Shown piece after piece: positions 25,201 through 37,700 of a stretch of 64,000 nt of DNA. A model generated the notes under the pieces. That model did no database searches, had not been told where the DNA came from, and saw nothing but the letters and a program-made list of their open reading frames with translations. The DNA is from Eledone cirrhosa. Taxonomy: Eukaryota. The stretch's first letter is position 1; every line of letters begins with the position of its first letter. The stretch is from NCBI GenBank assembly GCA_964016885.1, contig OZ024763.1, positions 23,436,001-23,500,000 of the forward strand, in the 5' to 3' direction. The position numbers were made by a program, and so were the translations under genes.

Positions 25201-28200
25201 TTGGCTGCTATTTCTTTCTTTTCTTAGATGGTAGGTAGGGGGCTATATCGAGGGAGATTTGGCTGCTATTTCTTTCTTTTCTTAGATGGTATGTAGGGGT
25301 ATATTGAGGGAGATTTGGCTGCTATTTCTTTCTTTTCTTAGATGGTAGGTAGGGGGCTATATCGAGGGAGATTTGGCTGCTATTTCTTTCTTTTCTTAGA
25401 TGGTAGGTAGGGGGCTATATCGAGGGAGATTTGGCTGCTATTTCTTTCCTTTCTTAGATGGTAGGTAGGGGGCTATATCGAGGGAGATTTGGCTGCTATT
25501 TCTTTCTTTTCTTAGATGGTAGGTCGGGGGCTATATCGAGGGAGATTTGGCTGCTATTTCTTTCCTTTCTTAGATGGTAGGTAGGGGGCTATATCGAGGG
25601 AGATTTGGCTGCTATTTCTTTTTTTTCTTAGATGGTAGGTAGGGGGCTATATCGAGGGAGATTTGGCTGCTATTTCTTGCTTTTCTTAGATGGTATGTAG
25701 GGGTATATTGAGGGAGATTTGGCTGCTATTTCTTTCTTTTCTTAGATGGTAGGTAGGGGCTATATCGAGGGAGATTTGGCTGCTATTTCTTTCTTTTCTT
25801 AGATGGTAGGTAGGGGGCTATATCGTGGGAGATTTGGCTGCTATTTCTTTCTTTTCTTAGATGGTAGGTAGGGGGCTATATCGAGGGAGATTTGGCTGCT
25901 ATTTCTTTCTTTTCTTTGATGGTAGGTAGGGGTATATATCGAGGGAGATTTGGCTGCTATTTCTTTCTTTTCTTAGATGGTAGGTAGGGGGCTATATCGA
26001 GGGAGATTTGGCTGCTATTTCTTTCTTTTCTTAGATGGTAGGTAGAGGGCTATATCGAGGGAGATTTGGCTGCTATTTCTTTCTTTTCTTAGATGGTAGG
26101 TAGGGGACTATATCGAGGGAGATTTGGCTGCTATTTCTTTCTTTTCTTAGATGATAGGTAGGGGGTTATATCGAGGGAGATTTGGCTGCTATTTCTTTCT
26201 TTTCTTAGATGGTAGGTAGGGGGCTATATCGAGGGAGATTTGGCTGCTATTTCTTTCTTTTCTTAGATGGTCGGTAGGGGGCTATATCGAGGGAGATTTG
26301 GCTGCTATTTCTTTCTTTTCTTACATGGTAGGTAGGGGGCTATATCGAGGGAGATTTGGCTGCTATTTCTTTCCTTTCTTAGATGGTAGGTAGGGGGCTA
26401 TATCGAGGGAGATTTGGCTGCTATTTCTTTCTTTTGTTAGATGGTATGTAGGGGTATATATCGAGGGAGATTTGGCTGCTATTTCTTTCTTTTCTTAGAT
26501 GGTAGGTAGGGGGCTATATCGAGGGAGATTTGGCTGCTATTTCTTTCTTTTCTTAGATGGTAGGTAGGGGGTATATTGAGGGAGATTTGGCTGCTATTTC
26601 TTTCTTTTCTTAGATGGTAGGTAGGGGACTATATCGAGGGAAATTTGGCTGCTATTTCTTTCTTTTCTTAGATGGTATGTAGGGGTATATTGAGCGAGAT
26701 TTGGCTGCTATTTCTTTCTTTTCTTAGATGGCAGGTAGGGGGTATATTGAGGGAGATTTGGATGCTATTTCTTTCTTTTCTTAGATGGTAGGTAGGGGGC
26801 TATATCGAGGGAGATTTGGCTGCTATTTCTTTCTTTTCTTAGATGGTAGGTAGGGGGCTATATCGAGGGAGATTTGGCTGCTATTTCTTTCTTTTCTTAG
26901 ATGGTAGGTAGGGGGCTATATCGAGGGAGATTTGGATGCTATTTCTTTCGTTTCTTAGATGGTAGGTAGGGGGCTATATCGAGGGAGATTTGGCTGCTAT
27001 TTCTTTCCTTTCTTAGATGGTAGGTAGGGGGCTATATCGAGGGAGATTTGGCTGCTATTTCTTTCTTTTCTTAGATGGTATGTAGGGGTATATATCGAGG
27101 GCGATTTGGCTGCTATTTCTTTCTTTTCTTAGATGGTAGGTAGGGGGCTATATCGAGGGAGATTTGGCTGCTATTTCTTTCTTTTCTTAGATGGTAGGTA
27201 GGGGGTATATTGAGGGAGATTTGGCTGCTATTTCTTTCTTTTCTTAGATGGTAGGTAGGGGACTATATCGAGGGAGATTTGGCTGCTATTTCTTTCTTTT
27301 CTTAGATGGTATGTAGGGGTATATTGAGCGAGATTTGGCTGCTATTTCTTTCTTTTCTTAGATGGTAGGTAGGGGGTATATTGAGGGAGATTTGGATGCT
27401 ATTTCTTTCTTTTCTTAGATGGTAGGTAGGGGGCTATATCGAGGGAGATTTGGCTGCTATTTCTTTATTTTCTTAGATGGTAGGTAGGGGGCTATATCGA
27501 GGGAGATTTGGCTGCTATTTCTTTCTTTTCTTAGATGGTAGGTAGGGGGCTATATCGAAGGAGATTTGGCTGCTATTTCTTTCCTTTCTTAGATGGTAGG
27601 TAGGGGACTATATTGAGGGAGATTTGGCTGCTATTTCTTTCTTTTCTTAGATGGTAGGTAGGGGGCTATATCGAGGGAGATTTGGCTGCTATTTCTTTCC
27701 TTTCTTAGATGGTAGGTAGGGGGCTATATCGAGGGAGATTTGGCTGCTATTTCTTTTTTTTCTTAGATGGTAGGTAGGGGGCTATATCGAGGGAGATTTG
27801 GCTGCTATTTCTTGCTTTTCTTAGATGGTATGTAGGGGTATATTGAGGGAGATTTGGCTGCTATTTCTTTCTTTTCTTAGATGGTAGGTAGGGGGTATAT
27901 CGAGGGAGATTTGGCTGCTATTTCTTTCTTTTCTTAGATGGTAGGTAGGGGGCTATATCGAGGGAGATTTGGCTGCTATTTCTTTCTTTTCTTAGATGGT
28001 AGGTAGGGGTATATATCGAGGGAGATTTGGCTGCTATTTCTTTCTTTTCTTAGATGGTAGGTAGGGGTATATTGAGGGAGATTTGGCTGCTATTTCTTTC
28101 TTTTCTTAGATGGTAGGTAGGGGGTATATTGAGGGAGATTTGGCTACTATTTCTTTCTTTTCTTAGATGGTATGTAGGGGTATATTGAGGGAGATTTGGC

Positions 28201-31200
28201 TACTATTTCTTTCTTTTCTTAGATGGTAGGTAGGGGACTATATCGAGGGAGATTTGGCTGCTATTTCTTTCTTTTCTTAGATGGTATGTAGGGGGTATAT
28301 TGAGGGAGATTTGGCTGCTATTTCTTTCTTTTCTTAGATGGTAGGTAGGGGGCTATATCGAGGGAGATTTGGCTGCTATTTCTTTCTTTTCTTAGATGGT
28401 AGGTAGGGGGCTATATCGAGGGAGATTTGGCTGCTATTTCTTTCTTTTCTTAGATGGTATGTAGGGGTATATTGAGGGAGATTTGGCTGCTATTTCTTTT
28501 TTTTCTTAGATGGTAGGTAGGGGGCTATATCGAGGGAGATTTGGCTGCTATTTCTTTCTTTTCTTAGATGGTAGGTAGGGGGCTATATCGAGGGAGATTT
28601 GGCTGCTATTTCTTTCCTTTCTTAGATGGTAGGTAGGGGGCTATATCGAGGGAGATTTGGCTGCTATTTCTTTTTTTTCTTAGATGGTAGGTAGGGGGCT
28701 ATATCGAGGGAGATTTGGCTGCTATTTCTTGCTTTTCTTAGATGGTATGTAGGGGTATATTGAGGGAGATTTGGCTGCTATTTCTTTCTTTTCTTAGATG
28801 GTATGTAGGGGTATATTGAGGGAGATTTGGCTACTATTTCTTTCTTTTCTTAGATGGTATGTAGGGGTATATTGAGGGAGATTTGGCTACTATTTCTTTC
28901 TTTTCTTAGATGGTAGGTAGGGGACTATATCGAGGGAGATTTCGCTGCTATTTCTTTCTTTTCTTAGATGTTATGTAGGGGGTATATTGAGGGAGATTTG
29001 GCTGCTATTTCTTTCTTTTCTTAGATGGTAGGTAGGGGGCTATATCGAGGGAGATTTGGCTGCTATTTCTTTCTTTTCTTAGATGGTAGGTAGGGGGCTA
29101 TATCGAGGGAGATTTGGCTGCTATTTCTTTCTTTTCTTAGATGGTATGTAGGGGTATATTGAGGTAGATTTGGCTGCTATTTCTTTCTTTTCTTAGATGG
29201 TAGCTAGGGGGCTATATCGAGGGAGATTTGGCTGCTATTTCTTTCTTTTCTTAGATGGTAGGTAGGGGGCTATATCGAGGGAGATTTGGCTGCTATTTCT
29301 TTCCTTTCTTAGATGGTAGGTAGGGGGCTATATCGAGGGAGATTTGGCTGCTATTTCTTTCTTTTCTTAGATGGTAGGTCGGGGGCTATATCGAGGGAGA
29401 TTTGGCTGCTATTTCTTTCCTTTCTTAGATGGTAGGTAGGGGGCTATATCGAGGGAGATTTGGCTGCTATTTCTTTTTTTTCTTAGATGGTAGGTACGGG
29501 GCTATATCGAGGGAGATTTGGCTGCTCTTTCTTGCTTTTCTTAGATGGTATGTAGGGGTATATTGAGGGAGATTTGGCTGCTATTTCTTTTTTTTCTTAG
29601 ATGGTAGGTAGGGGGCTATATCGAGGGAGATTTGGCTGCTATTTCTTTCTTTTCTTAGATGGTAGGTAGGGGGCTATATCGAGGGAGATTTGGCTGCTAT
29701 TTCTTTCTTTTCTTAGATGGTAGGTAGGGGGCTATATCGAGGGAGATTTGGCTGCTATTTCTTTCTTTTCTTAGATGGTAGGTAGGGGTATATATCGAGG
29801 GAGATTTGGCTGCTATTTCTTTCTTTTCTTAGATGGTAGGTAGGGGGCTATATCGAGGGAGATTTGGCTGCTATTTCTTTCTTTTCTTAGATGGTAGGTA
29901 GAGGGCTATATCGAGGGAGATTTGGCTGCTATTTCTTTCTTTTCTTAGATGGTAGGTAGGGGACTATATCGAGGGAGATTTGGCTGCTATTTCTTTCTTT
30001 TCTTAGATGATAGGTAGGGGGCTATATCGAGGGAGATTTGGCTGCTATTTCTTTCTTTTCCTAGATGGTAGGTAGGGGGCTATATCGAGGGAGATTTGGC
30101 TGCTATTTCTTTCTTTTCTTAGATGGTAGGTAGGGGGCTATATCGAGGGAGATTTGGCTGCTATTTCTTTCCTTTCTTAGATGGTAGGTAGGGGGCTATA
30201 TCGAGGGAGATTTGGCTGCTATTTCTTTCTTTTCTTAGATGGTATGTAGGGGTATATATCGAGGGAGATTTGGCTGCTATTTCTTTCTTTTCTTAGATGG
30301 TAGGTAGGGGGCTATATCGAGGGAGATTTGGCTGCTATTTCTTTCTTTTCTTAGATGGTAGGTAGGGGGTATATTGAGGGAGATTTGGCTGCTATTTCTT
30401 TCTTTTCTTAGATGGTAGGTAGGGGACTATATCGAGGGAGATTTGGCTGCTATTTCTTTCTTTTCTTAGATGGTATGTAGGGGTATATTGAGGGAGATTT
30501 GGCTGCTATTTCTTTCTTTTCTTAGATGGTAGGTAGGGGGTATATTGAGGGAGATTTGGCTACTATTTCTTTCTTTTCTTAGATGGTATGTAGGGGTATT
30601 TTGAGGGAGATTTGGCTACTATTTCTTTCTTTTCTTAGATGGTAGGTAGGGGACTATATCGAGGGAGATTTGGCTGCTATTTCTTTCTTTTCTTAGATGG
30701 TATGTAGGGGGTATATTGAGGGAGATTTGGCTGCTATTTCTTTCTTTTCTTAGATGGTAGGTAGGGGGCTATATCGAGGGAGATTTGGCTGCTATTTCTT
30801 TTTTTTCTTAGATGGTAGGTAGGGGGCTATATCGAGGGAGATTTGGCTGCTATTTCTTTCTTTTCTTAGATGGTATGTAGGGGTATATTGAGGGAGATTT
30901 GGCTGCTATTTCTTTCTTTTCTTAGATGGTAGGTAGGGGGCTATATCGAGGGAGATTTGGCTGCTATTTCTTTCTTTTCTTAGATGGTAGGTAGGGGGCT
31001 ATATCGAGGGAGATTTGGCTGCTATTTCTTTCCTTTCTTAGATGGTAGGTAGGGGGCTATATCGAGGGAGATTTGGCTGCTATTTCTTTTTTTTTCTTAG
31101 ATGGTAGGTAGTGGGCTACATCGAGGGAGATTTGGCTGCTATTTCTTGCTTTTCTTAGATGGTATGTAGGGGTATATTGAGGGAGATTTGGCTGCTATTT

Positions 31201-32250
31201 CTTTCTTTTCTTAGATGGTAGGTAGGGGGCTATATCGAGGGAGATTTGGCTGCTATTTCTTTCTTTTCTTAGATGGTAGGTAGGGGGCTATATCGAGGGA
31301 GATTTGGCTGCTATTTCTTTCTTTTCTTAGATGGTAGGTAGGGGGCTATATCGAGGGAGATTTGGCTGCTATTTCTTTCCTTTCTTAGATGGTAGGTAGG
31401 GGGCTATATCGAGGGAGATTTGGCTGCTATTTCTTTCTTTTCTTAGATGGTATGTAGGGGTATATATCGAGGGAGATTTGGCTGCTATTTCTTTCTTTTC
31501 TTAGATGGTAGGTAGGGGGCTATATCGAGGGAGATTTGGCTGCTATTTCTTTCTTTTCTTAGATGGTAGGTAGGGTGTATATTGAGGGAGATTTGGCTGC
31601 TATTTCTTTCTTTTCTTAGATGGTAGGTAGGGGACTATATCGAGGGAGATTTGGCTGCTATTTCTTTCTTTTCTTAGATGGTATGTAGGGGTATATTGAG
31701 CGAGATTTGGCTGCTATTTCTTTCTTTTCTTAGATGGTAGGTAGGGGGTATATTGAGGGAGATTTGGATGCTATTTCTTTCTTTTCTTAGATGGTAGGTA
31801 GGGGGCTATATCGAGGGAGATTTGGCTGCTATTTCTTTTGTTTTCTTAGATGGTAGGTAGGGGGCTATATCGAGGGAGATTTGGCTGCTATTTCTTTCTT
31901 TTCTTAGATGGTAGGTAGGGGGCTATATCGAGGGAGATTTGGCTGCTATTTCTTTCCTTTCTTAGATGGTAGGTAGGGGGCTATATCGAGGGAGATTTGG
32001 CTGCTATTTCTTTCTTTTCTTAGATGGTAGGTAGGGAGCTATATCGAGGGAGATTTGGCTGCTATTTCTTTCCTTTCTTAGATGGTAGGTAGGGGGCTAT
32101 ATCGAGGGAGATTTGGCTGCTATTTCTTTTTTTTCTTAGATGGTAGGTAGGGGGCTATATCGAGGGAGATATGGATGCTATTTCTTTCTTTTCTTAGATG
32201 GTAGGTAGGGGGCTATATTGAGGGGGAATTGGCTGCTATTTCTTTCTTTT
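10205..32250 (+). repeat. Satellite array A: 58-bp monomer, ~380 copies, ~22 kb
   Basis: Consensus gtagggggctatatcgagggagatttggctgctatttctttcttttcttagatggtag, period 58. Copy number estimated from length/58. Confidence 0.99.
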
Positions 32251-32251
32251 C

Positions 32252-33436
32252 GACATATTCTTTGGGAAGACTTCTATTTAGGAATTATAATAGAGAGGGG
32301 TGGACATATTGTATAGGAAGCTAACATAGCCTTTAGCTACCTTAGCTTTGAATTTGTTACCATAGCCTTAGGTTGGTCTTCCTATAGAATATGTCCAGCC
32401 CTCTCTATATTATAATACCTACAGTAAAGCTTTGAATTTGTTACCATAGCCTTGAATTACCTTAGCCTTGAGTTTGTTACCATATCTCTTAGTTTCCTCT
32501 CTATTATAATTCCTACATAGAAGTCTCCCTATAGAATATGTCCACCACTATCTATTATATAATTCCTCCAGTAAAGCTTTGGATTCGTTACCATAGCCTT
32601 GAGTCAGCTTAGCTTTGAATTCGTTACCATAGCCTCGAGTCAGCTTAGGTTTGAGTTCGTTACCATAGCGTTAGGTTGGTCTTCCTATAGAATATGTCCA
32701 GCCGTCTCTTTTCAACAAAAATTGGCTGACTTTTCAGCAAAAGTTGACTAAACTTTCAACAAGAATTGGCTAAATTTTCAGTAAAAATTGGCTGAATTTT
32801 CAACAAAAATTGGCTGAATTTTCAACAAAGATTGGTTGAATTTTCAACAAAAATTGGCTAAATTCTCAGCAAAAATTGGCTGAATTTTCAGCAAAAATTG
32901 GTTAAATTTTCAACAAAAATTGGCTAAATTTTCAACAAAAATTGGCTAAATTTTCATTAAAAATTGGCTGACTTTTCAGCAAAAGTTGGCTAAATTTTCA
33001 ACAAAAATTGGCTGAAATTTCAATAAGCCCTTAGCTTCCTCTCTATTATAATTCCTACATAGAAGTCTCCTGATAGAATATGTCCACCACTCTCTATTAT
33101 ATAATTCCTACAGTAAAGCTTTGAATTCGTTACCATTACCTTGGGTCACGTTAGCTTTGAGTTTGTTACCATAGCTTAGAAGCCTTCCCATACAATATGG
33201 ACATATTCTATGGGAAATCTTCTATGTAGGAATTATAATAGAGGAAGCTAAGGTCAAGGCTAGGGTATCTAAAGGCTATGGTAACGAATTCAAAGCTTTA
33301 CTGTAGGAATTATATAATAGAGAGTGGTCGACATATTCTATAGGGAGACTTCTATGTAGGAATTATAAGGCTAAGGTAGCTAAATGCTATGGTAATGAAT
33401 TCAAAGCTAAGGTAACTTAAGGCTATGGTAACGAAC
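32252..33436. mobile_element. Foldback/MITE-like modular element with an internal 22-bp minisatellite (32708-33025)
   Basis: Modules gacatattct..taggaattataatagag and ttgaattcgttaccatagcc occur in both orientations around ~14 copies of aattttcaacaaaaattggct(a/g). Confidence 0.6.
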
Positions 33437-33631
33437 ACTTGACCAATATGTCACACAGTGGAATTGAACCTGGGGCCTCATGCAGTCTTCTCAGCCATGG
33501 GGCCATGCTACAACCACTATATATGTGTATGTCTGTGTGTATATATATACGTGTATATTGAATATATATATATATATATTTGTGTATATATATATATAGT
33601 TGCTGAAATGCTGAAATATATATATATATAT

Positions 33632-35593
33632 AGTTGCTGAAATGCTGAAAGCATCTGGAACGGTGGGACACACTATGGTCACCCGGATAGTAAACCAAGT
33701 CATACAGAATGGGGCCGTTCCGAAGGACTGGCGTAGCAGCATCATCATTAACTGCTACAAGGGTAAAGGAGATGCTCTAGATAGGGGTATCTATAGAGGC
33801 ATTAAATTAATCGACCAGGTCATGAAGGTTACAGAAAAAGTAATAGCACAACTAATCAGAGAACGAATTGATCTAGATGAAATGCAGTTCGGGTTTGTGT
33901 CAGGTAAAAGTACCACAGATGCTCTTTTCATTGTACGACAACTACAGGAGAAGTACCTAGCTAAAAGTAAACCCCTATACTTAGCTTTTGTTGACTTGGA
34001 GAAAGCCTTTGACAGAGTCCCCCGCTCCATTATCTGGTGGGCTCTTAGAAAACTAGGTCTTGACGAATGGCTTGTGAGAGCTATACAAGCCATGTATAAA
34101 GAAACAGTCAGCAAGGTTAGAATTAACAACGAATATAGTGAAGAGTTTAGCGTAAAAGTTGGTGTGCATCAGGGCTCCGTTCTTAGCCCCCTACTATTTA
34201 TTATTGCCCTTCAGGCTATAACAGAGGAGTTCAAGACCGGCTGCCCATGGGAACTCCTATATGCAGATGATCTAACGCTCATAGCTGAATCAATGGCTGA
34301 ACTAGAGAAGAAATTCCAAACATGGAAGCATGGCCTAGAATCAAAAGGCCTTAAAGTTAACTTGTCTAAGACTAAAGTTCTAGTTTGTAGGAAGGAAAAT
34401 AGGGCATCGGTCTCATCTGGGAAATGGCCATGCTCAGTGTGTAGGAAAGGAGTAGGCAGAAACTCCATTTTATGTCCCAAATGCAAAGTATGGGTGCATA
34501 AAAGATGTAGTGGGATCACAGGTAAGCTAACTAAGAATATAGATTTTATATGTGGCCGGTGCTCTGGTGCAATAAGTAGCAGCAAGTGCCCATTGAATAC
34601 TAGCTCATTCCATTGCACAGATGGTTCTATAGAAATAGTGGACACCTTCCGTTACCTGGGTGACAAAATCAGCAGTGGAGGAGGGTGCTCTGAAAGTACA
34701 GTAGCTAGAGTCAGAACGGGATAGAAAAAGTTCAGAGAGCTTATACCACTATTGGCCGCTAAAGGGTTCTCTCTAAAAATGAAAGGCAGGCTGTATGATA
34801 CCTGCATACGAACAGCAATGTTACATGGCAGTGAGACCTAGGCATTGTGTGCAGAGGATATACGCAGACTGGAGAGAAATGAAGCTTGCATGCTCCGCTG
34901 GATGTGTAATAGTAATATACGTGAACGGCAAAGCATAAACGAACTAAGGGAGAAATTAGGAATAAGAGGGATCAGATGTTGTTTACTCGAGAGAAGACTA
35001 CGTTGGTACGGTCACGTGATGCGCATGAAAGACAACAGCTGTATAAAAAAGTGCAGGGCGATAAAAATAGACGGTAGCCACGGAGTAGGCAGACCCAGAA
35101 AAACCTGGGACAACTTAATAAATTCCGACCTCACACAGTTACACCTCTCCAAGACAATGTCACTGGACTGAGATATTTGGCGCTACACAGTCATTCAGAA
35201 GACCCGCCTTGCCTAAGTACAAAGCAAAACCTACAGTCAATAGGCACCTCTAACAAAATACACCCCGTCCCATTACCCCCACCCCATCCACACCACCCCC
35301 TTAAATGTGAAGTTATGTTGGTACCACAACATCCAGTCCGAAACAAATGAGGGCGTGTAGGTGTCACAACAAAAAAACACACAGACCACACTGTAGTGTA
35401 GCCGTGTAGGTAACACGGTAAAAACCTCCCAGTCCACACTGTAAACGTGGTTGGTGTTAGGAAGGGCATCCAGCCGTAGAAAACCCGCCAGACAGTCCTA
35501 TACGAGCAGGACAACAAATCTTGTCTCAAGTGGGGAAACTCCCGTCCAAACACATGCAAGCGTGGAAGATGGACGTTAAACGATGATGATGAT
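33632..35593 (+). mobile_element. 5'-truncated RTE-clade LINE (RT, PHD-like finger, C-terminus, 3' UTR, (GAT)n tail), inactivated by stops
   Basis: RT motifs QFGF, FVDLEKAFDRV, GVHQGSVLSP, LLYADD and FRYLG; RTE C-terminal RLRWYGHVMR..GRPRKTW; in-frame stops at ~34722, ~34839 and ~35169. Confidence 0.97.
33642..34724 (+). pseudogene. RTE LINE ORF2 reverse transcriptase domain (360-aa open stretch)
   Basis: ORF track translation with non-LTR RT motifs. Confidence 0.95.
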
Positions 35594-35780
35594 TTGTGTA
35601 TATATATATTTGTGTATATATATATATTTGTGTATATTTGTGTATATATATATATTTGTGTATATATGTATATATATATATATTTGTATATATATGCATG
35701 TGTGTGTATATGTGTATATATTTGAATACATATATATATATGTGTATATATATATGTATACATATATATATACCCAAATA

Positions 35781-35826
<46 letters not shown>

Positions 35827-35905
35827 TATATAGACGCAAATATATATATATATACACACAAATATATATATATATATATTCAAATATATACACGTATATA
35901 TGCAC
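35594..35905. repeat. (TA)n-rich compound microsatellite
   Basis: Read directly. Confidence 0.95.
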
Positions 35906-35934
35906 TCGATTTTGAATTTATTGTGCAAGATTTC

Positions 35935-36139
35935 TTATCTGAAGACGTATGTAGAAACAGACACTATTATACTTTGGTAGGGTCATGCTGCCAATAAAAA
36001 CACATGCACCTGTTGTTTTCACTTCAATTTATCATAAACTTCCGGTTGGTTGGTTCAATTACTGGAAGCTTGTTTATATATTGTCAAAGCTCTTTCGTCA
36101 GACATTCAGGTGCGTGTGGTTTTATTTCTGTTTACCTTT

Positions 36140-36145
<6 letters not shown>
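35935..36145 (+). mobile_element. Dispersed element starting with a degenerate hammerhead-like motif
   Basis: CTGAAGA cgtatgta GAAAC at 35939-35958. Homologous to 8953-9079 (-). Confidence 0.6.
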
Positions 36146-36191
<46 letters not shown>

Positions 36192-36205
36192 TTTTTTATA
36201 GAAGG

Positions 36206-36256
36206 AGCTTCTACAGGACTAGTACTGTTTCATTCAGATGAAATCTTCAGGAAGCT
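36206..36256 (-). ncRNA. Type I hammerhead ribozyme (mirror copy)
   Basis: Exact reverse complement of 36482-36532. Confidence 0.85.
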
Positions 36257-36481
36257 GGGTGTCATATTAAGTTCTGGTATTTATACATTTAGGTAGTGGT
36301 AAGGGAGGGGTGGTGGATGGGGGTTGGGGGGTTAGGGGGGGGAGGAAGGAATGGTATTTAGATACACAGGACCACTTCATGGCACAGGCCGTTTTTTCTT
36401 TGGGGAGTGGTCAACCCCCATCCACCACCCCTCCCTTACCACTACCTAAATGTATAAATACCAGAACTTAATATGACACCC

Positions 36482-36532
36482 AGCTTCCTGAAGATTTCAT
36501 CTGAATGAAACAGTACTAGTCCTGTAGAAGCT
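36482..36532 (+). ncRNA. Type I hammerhead ribozyme
   Basis: agcttc CTGAAGA t-ttca-tc-tgaa-t GAAAC ag-tactagtc-ct GTA gaagct. 6-bp stem I, stem III acag/ctgt, predicted cleavage after 36526. Confidence 0.88.
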
Positions 36533-36674
36533 CCTTCTATAAAATTTTTTTTACTCTGCCATGTATTGAGTACCTTACTTACTGTGGTTATCCCCGACTC
36601 AACCTGGGACCTACGTATATATATATATATATATATAATATAAGATCAAAAGATGGTTAAAGGAGTTCCATATA

Positions 36675-36741
36675 TTTTATTATGCGCATTTCAAAAACAA
36701 ACATCATCATGCAATAATATTTGTGTTTTCATCAGATAAAA
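36675..36741 (-). ncRNA. Minimal type I hammerhead ribozyme (mirror copy)
   Basis: Reverse complement of 37106-37172. Confidence 0.85.
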
Positions 36742-37105
36742 CAGGAGAACATGATATGAAGGCTAAAAAACACTTGAGGATAGTGAAGTTTTAAATCAAC
36801 ATATGAAAAGTGGTTTTAGATTGATGTGTGATATTGGGAGAAATATTTTATTTAGAGAGGGGGGGGGTGGAAAGGATGAAAAGGGGGTTGACCACTCCCC
36901 AAAGAAAAAACGGCCTGTGCTATGAAGTGGTCCTGTGTATCTAAATACCATTCCTTCCTCCTTCCCTTTTCATCCTTCCCCCCCCCCCTCTCTAAATAAA
37001 ATATTTCTCCCAATATCACACATCAATCTAAAACCACTTTTCATATGTTGATTTAAAACTGCACTATCCACAAGTGTTTTTTAGCCTTCATATCATGTTC
37101 TCCTG

Positions 37106-37172
37106 TTTTATCTGATGAAAACACAAATATTATTGCATGATGATGTTTGTTTTTGAAATGCGCATAATAAAA
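37106..37172 (+). ncRNA. Minimal type I hammerhead ribozyme
   Basis: ttttat CTGATGA [36-nt stem II hairpin] GAAAT gcgc ATA ataaaa. 6-bp stem I, palindromic stem III ATGCGCAT. Confidence 0.88.
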
Positions 37173-37295
37173 TATATGGAACTCCTTTAACCATCTTTTG
37201 ATCTTATATTATGCATACTCCAGTCCTACAAACTGTAGAGTGCTTCTTATCCGATATCTGCATTGCTTTATTGTACTACAATAAAACTCACCTCC

Positions 37296-37339
<44 letters not shown>

Positions 37340-37349
<10 letters not shown>

Positions 37350-37700
37350 TGTGTGTGTATATATACAATCCAACTGTAGAAATCAAGCCAAAATCAGTTC
37401 CTGTATGAGCAAGACATGGTCAGCTGACCAGACACTGCCCACAACAGGACAACCCGTCTAACCCATGGTAGCGTTGAAGAACGGATGTTAAAATTTCATA
37501 TTTGATGAGCCAATGTATATATCATCATCATCATCACCGTTTTACGTCCGTTCTTCCACGCTACCATGGGTTAGACGGGTTGTCCTGTTGTGGGCAGTGT
37601 CTGGTCGGCTGACCATGTCTTGCTCATACAGGAACTGATTTTGGCTTGATTTCTACAGCTGGATGTGTATATATATATATACACACACAATCATATATAT
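37340..37700. repeat. Inverted duplication of an RTE/SINE 3' tail, including flanking microsatellite
   Basis: 37340-37492 is the reverse complement of ~37538-37700. The sequence matches the RTE tail at 42995-43125. Confidence 0.9.

Larger units (their letters stand above)
36195..36545. repeat. Inverted repeat, ~130-bp arms, each with a hammerhead
   Basis: 36195-36325 is the reverse complement of 36413-36545. Confidence 0.95.
36635..37212. repeat. Inverted repeat, ~250-bp arms, each with a hammerhead
   Basis: ~36635-36885 is the reverse complement of ~36964-37212 with few substitutions. Confidence 0.95.

Noticed and set aside
10205-32250. Satellite arrays and the 30-bp repeat considered as CRISPR arrays
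   Set aside because: Head-to-tail monomers with no unique spacers, no cas genes, and a eukaryotic context
33791-34645. Antisense ORFs over the RT regions (also 43382-44530)
   Set aside because: Shadow ORFs of the LINE coding strand
33642-35171. Active autonomous LINE or host RT gene
   Set aside because: 5'-truncated with no endonuclease and three in-frame stops; the second copy also has stops
36880-36965. Possible Penelope GIY-YIG C-terminal coding remnant in the shared spacer
   Set aside because: No convincing motif in any frame that I could read
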